DNA of 64,000 bases from Eledone cirrhosa (taxonomy: Eukaryota). Below the pieces are notes generated by a model. The model worked only from the letters and a program-made list of their open reading frames with translations, was not told where the DNA came from and ran no database searches. Numbering within the stretch: position 1 is the stretch's first letter; the number at the start of each line of letters is the position of its first letter. Below, in pieces: positions 51,001-64,000 of this stretch. Where the stretch lies: assembly GCA_964016885.1 (NCBI GenBank), contig OZ024742.1, positions 44,826,001 to 44,890,000 on the forward strand, read 5' to 3'. The position numbers and the translations under genes are program-made.

Positions 51001-54000
51001 CCCTATGACTCAAACATGTGTTATATGACCAAAACATGCTGTATGTCACTATAGCACCCCTATGACTCCATCAGATATTATATGGCCAAAACATGCTGTA
51101 TGTCACTATAGCAGCCCTATGACTCAATCATGTGTTATATGGCCAAAACATGCTGTATGTCACCATAGCAGCCCTATGACTCCATCATGTGTTATATGGC
51201 CAAAACATGCTGTATGTCACTATAGCACCTCTATGACTCCATCATGTGTTATATGGCCAAAACATGCTGTATGTCACTATAGCACCCCTAAGACTCCATC
51301 ATGTGTTATATGGCCAAAACATGCTGTGTGTCACTATAGCACCCCTATGACTCCATCAGATATTATATGGCCAAAACATGCTGTATGTCACTATAGCACC
51401 CCTAAGACTCAATCATGTGTTATATGGCCAAAACATGGTGTATGTCACTATAGCAGCCCTATGACTCAATCATGTGTTATATGCCCAAAACATGCTGTAT
51501 GTCACTATAGCAGCCCTATGACTCAATCATGTTTTATATGGCCAAAACATGCTGTATGTCACTATAGCACCCCTATGACTCAATCATGTGTTATATGGCC
51601 AAAACATGCTGTATGTCACTATAGCACCCCTATGACGCAATCATGTGTTATATGGCCAAAACATGCTGTATGTCACTATAGCACCCCTAAGACTTCATCA
51701 TGTGTTATATGACCAAAACATGCTGTATGTCACTATAGCACCCCTAAGACTCCATCATGTGTTATATGCCCAAAACATGCTGTATGTCACTATAGCACCC
51801 CTAAGACTCCATCATGTGTTATATGGCCAAAACATGCTGTATGTCCCTATAGCAGCCCCAAGGCTCCATCATGTGTTGTATGGGCAAAACATGCTGTATG
51901 TCACTATAGCACCCCTAAGACTCCATCATGTGTTATATGGCCAAAACATGCTGTATATCACTATAGCACCCCTATGACTCAATCATGTGTTATATGGGCA
52001 AAACATGCTGTATATCACTATAGCACCCCTATGACTCAATCATGTGTTATATGCCCAAAACATGCTGTATGTCACTATAGCACCCCTAAGACTCCATCAT
52101 GTGTTATATGGCCAAAACATGCTGTATGTCACTATAGCACCCCTAAGACTCCATCATGTGTTATATGACCAAAACATGCTGTATGTCACTATAACAGCCC
52201 TATGACTCAATCATGTGTTACATGGCCCAAACATGCTGTATGTCACTATAGCAGCCCCATGACTCCTTCATGTGTTATATGGCCAAAACATGCTGTATGT
52301 CACTATAGCACACCTATGACTCCATCATGTGTTATATGGCCAAAACATGCTGTATGTCACTATAGCACACCTATGACTCCATCATGTGTTATATGGCCAA
52401 AACATGCTGTATGTCACTATAGCACCCCTAAGATGCCATCATCTGTTATATGGCCAAAACATGCTGTATGTCACTATAGCAGCCCTATGACTCAATCATG
52501 TGTTATATGACCAAAACATGGTGTATGTCACTATAGCACCCCTATGACTCCATCAGATGTTATATGGCCAAAACATGCTGTATGTCACTATAGCAGCCCT
52601 ATGACTCAATCATGTGTTACATGGGCCAAACATGCTGTATGTCACTATAGCAGCCCCATGACTCCTTCATGTGTTATATGGCCAAAACATGCTGTATGTC
52701 ACTATAGCACACCTATGACTCCATCATGTGTTATATGGCCAAACCATGCTGTATGTCTCTATAGCACCCCTTAGACTCCATCATGTGTTATATGGCCAAA
52801 ACATGCAGTATGTCACTAGAGCACCCCTATGACTCAATCATGTGTTATATGGCCAAAACATGCTGTATGTCACTATAGCACCCCTATGACTCAATCATGT
52901 GTTATATGGCCAAAACATGCTGTATGTCACTATAGCACCCCTATGACTCAATCATGTGTTATGTGGCCAAAACATGCTGTATGTCACTATAGCACCCCTA
53001 AGACTCCATCATGTGTTATATGGGCAAAACAAGCTGTAAGTCACTATAGCACCCCTAAGACTCCATCATGTGTTATATGGCCAAAACATGCTGTGTGTCA
53101 CTATAGCACCCCTATGACTCCATCAGATATTATATGGCCAAAACATGCTGTATGTCACTATAGCAGCCCTATGACTCAATCATGTGTTATATGGCCAAAA
53201 CATGCTGTATGTCACTATAGCACCCCTATGACGCAATCATGTGTTATATGGCCAAAACATGCTGTATGTCACTATAGCACCCCTAAGACTTCATCATGTG
53301 TTATATGACCAAAACATGCTGTATGTCACTATAGCACCCCTAAGACTCCATCATGTGTTATATGCCCAAAACATGCTGTATGTCACTATAGCACCCCTAA
53401 GACTCCATCATGTGTTATATGGCCAAAACATGCTGTATGTCCCTATAGCAGCCCCAAGGCTCCATCATGTGTTGTATGGGCAAAACATGCTGTATGTCAC
53501 TATAGCACCCCTAAGACTCCATCATGTGTTATATGGCCAAAACATGCTGTATGTCACTATAGCACCCCTAAGACTCCATCATGTGTTATATGGCCAAAAC
53601 ATGCTGTATGTCAATATAGCACCCCTATGATTCAATCATATGTTATATGGCCAAAACATGCTGTATGTCACTATAGCACCCCTAAGACTCAATCATGTGT
53701 TATATGGCCAAAACATGGTGTATGTCACTATAGCAGCCCTATGACTCAATCATGTGTTATATGCCCAAAACATGCTGTATGTCACTATAGCAGCCCTATG
53801 ACTCAATCATGTTTTATATGGCCAAAACATGCTGTATTTCACTATAGCACCCCTATGACTCAATCATGTGTTATATGGCCAAAACATGCTGTATGTCACT
53901 ATAGCACCCCTATGACGCAATCATGTGTTATATGGCCAAAACATGCTGTATGTCACTATAGCACCCCTAAGACTTCATCATGTGTTATATGACCAAAACA

Positions 54001-57000
54001 TGCTGTATGTCACTATAGCACCCCTAAGACTCCATCATGTGTTATATGCCCAAAACATGCTGTATGTCACTATAGCACCCCTAAGACTCCATCATGTGTT
54101 ATATGGCCAAAACATGCTGTATGTCCCTATAGCAGCCCCAAGGCTCCATCATGTGTTGTATGGGCAAAACATGCTGTATGTCACTATAGCACCCCTAAGA
54201 CTCCATCATGTGTTATATGGCCAAAACATGCTGTATATCACTATAGCACCCCTATGACTCAATCATGTGTTATATGGGCAAAACATGCTGTATATCACTA
54301 TAGCACCCCTATGACTCAATCATGTGTTATATGCCCAAAACATGCTGTATGTCACTATAGCACCCCTAAGACTCCATCATGTGTTATATGGCCAAAACAT
54401 GCTGTATGTCACTATAGCACCCCTAAGACTCCATCATGTGTTATATGACCAAAACATGCTGTATGTCACTATAACAGCCCTATGACTCAATCATGTGTTA
54501 CATGGCCCAAACATGCTGTATGTCACTATAGCAGCCCCATGACTCCTTCATGTGTTATATGGCCAAAACATGCTGTATGTCACTATAGCACACCTATGAC
54601 TCCATCATGTGTTATATGGCCAAAACATGCTGTATGTCACTATAGCACACCTATGACTCCATCATGTGTTATATGGCCAAAACATGCTGTATGTCACTAT
54701 AGCACCCCTAAGATGCCATCATCTGTTATATGGCCAAAACATGCTGTATGTCACTATAGCAGCCCTATGACTCAATCATGTGTTATATGACCAAAACATG
54801 GTGTATGTCACTATAGCACCCCTATGACTCCATCAGATGTTATATGGCCAAAACATGCTGTATGTCACTATAGCAGCCCTATGACTCAATCATGTGTTAC
54901 ATGGGCCAAACATGCTGTATGTCACTATAGCAGCCCCATGACTCCTTCATGTGTTATATGGCCAAAACATGCTGTATGTCACTATAGCACACCTATGACT
55001 CCATCATGTGTTATATGGCCAAACCATGCTGTATGTCACTATAGCACCCCTTAGACTCCATCATGTGTTATATGGCCAAAACATGCAGTATGTCACTAGA
55101 GCACCCCTATGACTCAATCATGTGTTATATGGCCAAAACATGCTGTATGTCACTATAGCACCCCTATGACTCAATCATGTGTTATATGGCCAAAACATGC
55201 TGTATGTCACTATAGCACCCCTATGACTCAATCATGTGTTATGTGGCCAAAACATGCTGTATGTCACTATAGCACCCCTAAGACTCCATCATGTGTTATA
55301 TGGGCAAAACAAGCTGTAAGTCACTATAGCACCCCTAAGACTCCATCATGTGTTATATGGCCAAAACATGCTGTGTGTCACTATAGCACCCCTATGACTC
55401 CATCAGATATTATATGGCCAAAACATGCTGTATGTCACTATAGCAGCCCTATGACTCAATCATGTGTTATATGGCCAAAACATGCTGTATGTCACTATAG
55501 CACCCCTATGACGCAATCATGTGTTATATGGCCAAAACATGCTGTATGTCACTATAGCACCCCTAAGACTTCATCATGTGTTATATGACCAAAACATGCT
55601 GTATGTCACTATAGCACCCCTAAGACTCCATCATGTGTTATATGCCCAAAACATGCTGTATGTCACTATAGCACCCCTAAGACTCCATCATGTGTTATAT
55701 GGCCAAAACATGCTGTATGTCCCTATAGCAGCTCCATGACTCCATCATGTGTTGTATGGGCAAAACATGCTGTATGTCACTATAGCACCCCTAAGACTCC
55801 ATCATGTGTTATATGGCCAAAACATGCTGTATGTCACTATAGCACCCCTAAGACTCCATCATGTGTTATATGGCCAAAACATGCTGTATGTCAATATAGC
55901 ACCCCTATGATTCAATCATATGTTATATGGCCAAAACATGCTGTATGTCACTATAGCACCCCTAAGACTCCATCATGTGTTATATGGCCAAAACATGCTG
56001 TATGTCACTATAGCAGCCCTATGACTCAATCATGTGTTATATGACCAAAACATGGTGTATGTCACTATAGCACCCCTATGACTCCATCAGATGTTATATG
56101 GCCAAAACATGCTGTATGTCACTATAGCAGCCCTATGACTCAATCATGTGTTACATGGCCCAAACATGCTGTATGTCACTATAGCACCCTTAAGACTCCA
56201 TCATGTGTTATATGGCCAAAACATGCTGTATGTCACTATAGCAGCCCTATGACTCAATCATATGTTATATGGCCAAAACATGCTGTATGTCACTATAGCA
56301 CCCCTAAGACTCCATCATGTGTTATATGGCCAAAACATGCTGTATGTCACTATAGCACCCCTATGACTCAATCATGTGTTATATGGCCAAAACATGCTGT
56401 ATGTCACTATAGCACCCCTAAAATTCCATCATGTGTTGTATGGGCAAAACATGCTGTATGTCACTATAGCACCCCTAAGACTCCATCATGTGTTATATGG
56501 CCAAAACATGCTGTATGTCACTATAGCACCCCTAAGACTCAATCATGTGTTATATGGCCAAAACATGCTGTATGTCACTATAGCACCCCTAAGACTCCAT
56601 CATGTGTTATATGACCAAAACATGCTGTATGTCACTATAGCACCCCTAAGACTCCATCATGTGTTATATGCCCAAAACATGCTGTATGTCACTATAGCAC
56701 CCCTAAGACTCCATCATGTGTTATATGGCCAAAACATGCTGTATGTCACTATAGCACTCCTATGACTCCATCATGTGTTATATGACCAAAACATGGTGTA
56801 TGTCACTATAGCAGCCCTATGACTCAAACATGTGTTATATGACCAAAACATGCTGTATGTCACTATAGCACCCCTATGACTCCATCAGATATTATATGGC
56901 CAAAACATGCTGTATGTCACTATAGCAGCCCTATGACTCAATCATGTGTTATATGGCCAAAACATGCTGTATGTCACCATAGCAGCCCTATGACTCCATC

Positions 57001-60000
57001 ATGTGTTATATGGCCAAAACATGCTGTATGTCACTATAGCACCTCTATGACTCCATCATGTGTTATATGGCCAAAACATGCTGTATGTCACTATAGCACC
57101 CCTAAGACTCCATCATGTGTTATATGGCCAAAACATGCTGTGTGTCACTATAGCACCCCTATGACTCCATCAGATATTATATGGCCAAAACATGCTGTAT
57201 GTCACTATAGCACCCCTAAGACTCAATCATGTGTTATATGGCCAAAACATGGTGTATGTCACTATAGCAGCCCTATGACTCAATCATGTGTTATATGCCC
57301 AAAACATGCTGTATGTCACTATAGCAGCCCTATGACTCAATCATGTTTTATATGGCCAAAACATGCTGTATGTCACTATAGCACCCCTATGACTCAATCA
57401 TGTGTTATATGGCCAAAACATGCTGTATGTCACTATAGCACCCCTATGACGCAATCATGTGTTATATGGCCAAAACATGCTGTATGTCACTATAGCACCC
57501 CTAAGACTTCATCATGTGTTATATGACCAAAACATGCTGTATGTCACTATAGCACCCCTAAGACTCCATCATGTGTTATATGCCCAAAACATGCTGTATG
57601 TCACTATAGCACCCCTAAGACTCCATCATGTGTTATATGGCCAAAACATGCTGTATGTCCCTATAGCAGCCCCAAGGCTCCATCATGTGTTGTATGGGCA
57701 AAACATGCTGTATGTCACTATAGCACCCCTAAGACTCCATCATGTGTTATATGGCCAAAACATGCTGTATATCACTATAGCACCCCTATGACTCAATCAT
57801 GTGTTATATGGGCAAAACATGCTGTATATCACTATAGCACCCCTATGACTCAATCATGTGTTATATGCCCAAAACATGCTGTATGTCACTATAGCACCCC
57901 TAAGACTCCATCATGTGTTATATGGCCAAAACATGCTGTATGTCACTATAGCACCCCTAAGACTCCATCATGTGTTATATGACCAAAACATGCTGTATGT
58001 CACTATAACAGCCCTATGACTCAATCATGTGTTACATGGCCCAAACATGCTGTATGTCACTATAGCAGCCCCATGACTCCTTCATGTGTTATATGGCCAA
58101 AACATGCTGTATGTCACTATAGCACACCTATGACTCCATCATGTGTTATATGGCCAAAACATGCTGTATGTCACTATAGCACACCTATGACTCCATCATG
58201 TGTTATATGGCCAAAACATGCTGTATGTCACTATAGCACCCCTAAGATGCCATCATCTGTTATATGGCCAAAACATGCTGTATGTCACTATAGCAGCCCT
58301 ATGACTCAATCATGTGTTATATGACCAAAACATGGTGTATGTCACTATAGCACCCCTATGACTCCATCAGATGTTATATGGCCAAAACATGCTGTATGTC
58401 ACTATAGCAGCCCTATGACTCAATCATGTGTTACATGGGCCAAACATGCTGTATGTCACTATAGCAGCCCCATGACTCCTTCATGTGTTATATGGCCAAA
58501 ACATGCTGTATGTCACTATAGCACACCTATGACTCCATCATGTGTTATATGGCCAAACCATGCTGTATGTCTCTATAGCACCCCTTAGACTCCATCATGT
58601 GTTATATGGCCAAAACATGCAGTATGTCACTAGAGCACCCCTATGACTCAATCATGTGTTATATGGCCAAAACATGCTGTATGTCACTATAGCACCCCTA
58701 TGACTCAATCATGTGTTATATGGCCAAAACATGCTGTATGTCACTATAGCACCCCTATGACTCAATCATGTGTTATGTGGCCAAAACATGCTGTATGTCA
58801 CTATAGCACCCCTAAGACTCCATCATGTGTTATATGGGCAAAACAAGCTGTAAGTCACTATAGCACCCCTAAGACTCCATCATGTGTTATATGGCCAAAA
58901 CATGCTGTGTGTCACTATAGCACCCCTATGACTCCATCAGATATTATATGGCCAAAACATGCTGTATGTCACTATAGCAGCCCTATGACTCAATCATGTG
59001 TTATATGGCCAAAACATGCTGTATGTCACTATAGCACCCCTATGACGCAATCATGTGTTATATGGCCAAAACATGCTGTATGTCACTATAGCACCCCTAA
59101 GACTTCATCATGTGTTATATGACCAAAACATGCTGTATGTCACTATAGCACCCCTAAGACTCCATCATGTGTTATATGCCCAAAACATGCTGTATGTCAC
59201 TATAGCACCCCTAAGACTCCATCATGTGTTATATGGCCAAAACATGCTGTATGTCCCTATAGCAGCCCCAAGGCTCCATCATGTGTTGTATGGGCAAAAC
59301 ATGCTGTATGTCACTATAGCACCCCTAAGACTCCATCATGTGTTATATGGCCAAAACATGCTGTATGTCACTATAGCACCCCTAAGACTCCATCATGTGT
59401 TATATGGCCAAAATATGCTGTATGTCAATATAGCACCCCTATGATTCAATCATATGTTATATGGCCAAAACATGCTGTATGTCACTATAGCACCCCTAAG
59501 ACTCCATCATGTGTTATATGGCCAAAACATGCTGTATGTCACTATAGCAGCCCTATGACTCAATCATGTGTTATATGACCAAAACATGGTGTATGTCACT
59601 ATAGCACCCCTATGACTCCATCAGATGTTATATGGCCAAAACATGCTGTATGTCACTATAGCAGCCCTATGACTCAATCATGTGTTACATGGCCCAAACA
59701 TGCTGTATGTCACTATAGCAGCCCCATGACTCCTTCATGTGTTATATGGCCAAAACATGCTGTATGTCACTATAGCACACCTATGACTCCATCATGTGTT
59801 ATATGGCCAAAACATGCTGTATGTCACTATAGCACCCCTTAGACTCCATCATGTGTTATATGGCCAAAACATGCTGTATGTCACTATAGCACCCCTATGA
59901 CTCAATCATGTGTTATATGGCCAAAACATGCTGTATGTCACTATAGCACCCCTATGACTCAATCATCTGTTATATGGCCAAAACATGCTGTATGTCACTA

Positions 60001-63000
60001 TAGCACCCCTATGACTCAATCATGTGTTATGTGGCCAAAACATGCTGTATGTCACTATAACACCCCTAAGACTCCATCATGTGTTATATGGGCAAAACAT
60101 GCTGTAAGTCACTATAGCACCCCTAAGACTCCATCATGTGTTATATGGCCAAAACATGCTGTGTGTCACTATAGCACCCCTATGACTCCATCAGATATTA
60201 TATGGCCAAAACATGCTGTATGTCACTAGAGCAGCCCTAAGACTCAATCATGTGTTATATGGCCAAAACATGGTGTATGTCACTATAGCAGCCCTATGAC
60301 TCAATCATGTGTTATATGCCCAAAACATGCTGTATGTCACTATAGCAGCCCTATGACTCAATCATGTTTTATATGGCCAAAACATGCTGTATGTCACTAT
60401 AGCACCCCTATGACTCAATCATGTGTTATATGGCCAAAACATGCTGTATGTCACTATAGCACCCCTATGACGCAATCATGTGTTATATGGCCAAAACATG
60501 CTGTATGTCACTATAGCACCCCTAAGACTTCATCATGTGTTATATGACCAAAACATGCTGTATGTCACTATAGCACCCCTAAGACTCCATCATGTGTTAT
60601 ATGCCCAAAACTTGCTGTATGTCACTATAGCACCCCTAAGATGCCATCATCTGTTATATGGCCAAAACATGCTGTATGTCACTATAGCAGCCCTATGACT
60701 CAATCATGTGTTATATGACCAAAACATGGTGTATGTCACTATAGCACCCCTATGACTCCATCAGATGTTATATGGCCAAAACATGCTGTATGTCACTATA
60801 GCAGCCCTATGACTCAATCATGTGTTACATGGCCCAAACATGCTGTATGTCACTATAGCAGCCCCATGACTCCTTCATGTGTTATATGGCCAAAACATGC
60901 TGTATGTCACTATAGCACACCTATGACTCCATCATGTGTTATATGGCCAAAACATGCTGTATGTCACTATAGCACCCCTTAGACTCCATCATGTGTTATA
61001 TGGCCAAAACATGCTGTATGTCACTAGAGCACCCCTATGACTCAATCATGTGTTATATGGCCAAAACATGCTGTATGTCACTATAGCACCCCTATGACTC
61101 AATCATGTGTTATATGGCCAAAACATGCTGTATGTCACTATAGCACCCCTATGACTCAATCATGTGTTATGTGGCCAAAACATGCTGTATGTCACTATAG
61201 CACCCCTAAGACTCCATCATGTGTTATATGGGCAAAACAAGCTGTAAGTCACTATAGCACCCCTAAGACTCCATCATGTGTTATATGGCCAAAACATGCT
61301 GTGTGTCACTATAGCACCCCTATGACTCCATCAGATATTATATGGCCAAAACATGCTGTATGTCACTATAGCAGCCCTATGACTCCATCATGTGTTATAT
61401 GGCCAAAACATGCTGTATGTCACTATAGCACCCCTAAGACTCCATCATGTGTTATATGCCCAAAACATGCTGTATGTCACTATAGCACCCCTAAGACTCC
61501 ATCATGTGTTATATGGCCAAAACATGCTGTATGTCCCTATAGCAGCCCCATGACTCCATCATGTGTTGTATGGGCAAAACATGCTGTATGTCACTATAGC
61601 ACCCCTAAGACTCCATCATGTGTTATATGGCCAAAACATGCTGTATGTCACTATAGCACCCCTAAGACTCCATCATGTGTTATATGGCCAAAACATGCTG
61701 TATGTCAATATAGCACCCCTATGATTCAATCATATGTTATATGGCCAAAACATGCTGTATGTCACTATAGCACCCCTAAGACTCCATCATGTGTTATATG
61801 GCCAAAACATGCTGTATGTCACTATAGCAGCCCTATGACTCAATCATGTGTTATATGACCAAAACATGGTGTATGTCACTATAGCACCCCTATGAATCCA
61901 TCAGATGTTATATGGCCAAAACATGCTGTATGTCACTATAGCAGCCCTATGACTCAATCATGTGTTACATGGCCCAAACATGCTGTATGTCACTATAGCA
62001 GCCCCATGACTCCTTCATGTGTTATATGGCCAAAACATGCTGTATGTCACTATAGCACACCTATGACTCCATCATGTGTTATATGGCCAAAACATGCTGT
62101 ATGTCACTATAGCACCCCTTAGACTCCATCATGTGTTATATGGCCAAAACATGCTGTGTGTCACTATAGCACCCCTATGACTCCATCAGATATTATATGG
62201 CCAAAACATGCTGTATGTCACTATAGCACCCCTAAGACTCAATCATGTGTTATATGGCCAAAACATGGTGTATGTCACTATAGCAGCCCTATGACTCAAT
62301 CATGTGTTATATGCCCAAAACATGCTGTATGTCACTATAGCAGCCCTATGACTCAATTATGTTTTATATGGCCAAAACATGCTGTATGTCACTATAGCAC
62401 CCCTATGACTCAATCATGTGTTATATGGCCAAAACATGCTGTATGTCACTATAGCACCCCTATGACGCAATCATGTGTTATATGGCCAAAACATGCTGTA
62501 TGTCACTATAGCACCCCTAAGACTTCATCATGTGTTATATGACCAAAACATGCTGTATGTCACTATAGCACCCCTAAGACTCCATCATGTGTTATATGCC
62601 CAAAACATGCTGTATGTCACTATAGCACCCCTAAGACTCCATCATGTGTTATATGGCCAAAACATGCTGTATGTCCCTATAGCAGCCCCAAGGCTCCATC
62701 ATGTGTTGTATGGGCAAAACATGCTGTATGTCACTATAGCACCCCTCAGACTCCATCATGTGTTATATGGCCAAAACATGCTGTATGTCACTATAGCACC
62801 CCTATGACTCAATCATGTGTTATATGGCCAAAACATGCTGTATATCACTATAGCACCCCTATGACTCAATCATGTGTTATATGGCCAAAACATGCTGTAT
62901 GTCACTATAGCACCCCTAAGACTCCATCATGTGTTATATGGCCAAAACATGCTGTATGTCACTATAGCACCCCTAAGACTCCATCATGTGTTATATGACC

Positions 63001-64000
63001 AAAACATGCTGTATGTCACTATAGCAGCCCTATGACTCAATCATGTGTTACATGGCCCAAACATGCTGTATGTCACTATAGCACCCCTAAGATGCCATCA
63101 TCTGTTATATGGCCAAAACATGCTGTATGTCACTATAGCAGCCCTATGACTCAATCATGTGTTATATGACCAAAACATGGTGTATGTCACTATAGCAGCC
63201 CTATGACTCCATCAGATGTTATATGGCCAAAACATGCTGTATGTCACTATAGCAGCCCTATGACTCAATCATGTGTTACATGGCCCAAACATGCTGTATG
63301 TCACTATAGCAGCCCCATGACTCCTTCATGTGTTATATGGCCAAAACATGCTGTATGTCACTATAGCACACCTATGACTCAATCATGTGTTATATGGCCA
63401 AAACATGCTGTATGTCACTATAGCACCCCTTAGACTCCATCATGTGTTATATGGCCAAAACATGCTGTATGTCACTATAGCAGCCCTATGACTCAATCAT
63501 GTGTTATATGGCCAAAACATGCTGTATGTCACTATAGCACCCCTATGACTCAATCATGTGTTATATGGCCAAAACATGCTGTATGTCACTATAGCACCCC
63601 TATGACTCAATCATGTGTTATATGGCCAAAACATGCTGTATGTCACTATAGCACCCCTAAGACTCCATCATGTGTTATATGGGCAAAACAAGCTGTAAGT
63701 CACTATAGCACCCCTAAGACTCCATCATGTGTTATATGCCCAAAACATGCTGTGTGTCACTATAGCACCCCTATGACTCAATCATGTGTTATATGGCCAA
63801 AACATGCTGTGTGTCACTATAGCACCCCTATGACTCAATCATGTGTTATATGGCCAAAACATGCTGTGTGTCACTATAGCACCCCTATGACTCAATCGTG
63901 TGTTATATGGCCAAAACATGCTGTATGTCACTATAGCACCTCTAAGACTCGATCATGTGTTATATGGCCAAAACATGCTGTATGTCACTATAGCAGCCCT
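27030..64000. repeat. 57-bp satellite DNA, about 650 monomers, with higher-order repeats; continues past the window end
   Basis: Consensus TATGGCCAAAACATGCTGTATGTCACTATAGCA(C/G)CCCTA(T/A)GACTC(A/C)ATCATGTGTTA. Variant patterns recur at offsets of 1196, 2109, 2280, 2450, 3249, 3534, 5814 and 10771 bp. Confidence 0.98.

Noticed and set aside
26911-64000. Cys/His-rich 19-aa repeat ORFs (SCVIWPKHAVCHYSTPMTQ) as a metal-binding or zinc-finger protein
   Set aside because: TGG to TGA stops recur in many monomers and were amplified, there are two frameshifts, and the Cys/His spacing does not fit C2H2. This is satellite DNA.
27030-64000. CRISPR array
   Set aside because: There are no unique spacers, monomers are contiguous near-identical units, no cas genes are present, and the context is eukaryotic.
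27030-64000. Ribozyme within the 57-bp monomer (as in newt or schistosome satellites)
   Set aside because: Neither strand has a CUGANGA plus GAAA core; only short palindromes (TGGCCA, CATG, CTATAG) are present.
1-64000. Common origin of the 18-bp and 57-bp repeats (shared ATAGTG / GTGACA words on opposite strands)
   Set aside because: The similarity is limited to about 6-bp words and is not significant.

Overview
This is gene-poor, repeat-dominated animal DNA. The SINE and LINE complement resembles an octopod (Octopus-like) genome, which is an inference from recalled repeat motifs and not a database match. The window has three zones. (1) 1-~10700 is an 18-bp minisatellite (GTGACAATGTTGATAGTG) with a 3321-bp higher-order duplication. 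(2) ~10.7-27.0 kb is a retroelement graveyard: several tRNA-headed SINE families, RTE-clade LINE relics (some with a PHD-like finger inside the RT region, one ending in three zinc fingers), an R4/Dong-like restriction-like endonuclease relic, a Penelope-like GIY-YIG relic, microsatellites, a 92-bp near-perfect palindrome, and a 318-bp tandem repeat carrying two minimal type I hammerhead ribozyme motifs on the minus strand. (3) ~27030-64000 is a 57-bp satellite of about 650 monomers with nested higher-order repeats. I found no intact protein-coding gene. Almost all ORF-track entries are artefacts of repeats whose unit length is a multiple of 3. The best candidate for a hidden system is the hammerhead-bounded 318-nt unit at 24965-25540, which looks like a retrozyme or Penelope pseudo-LTR.
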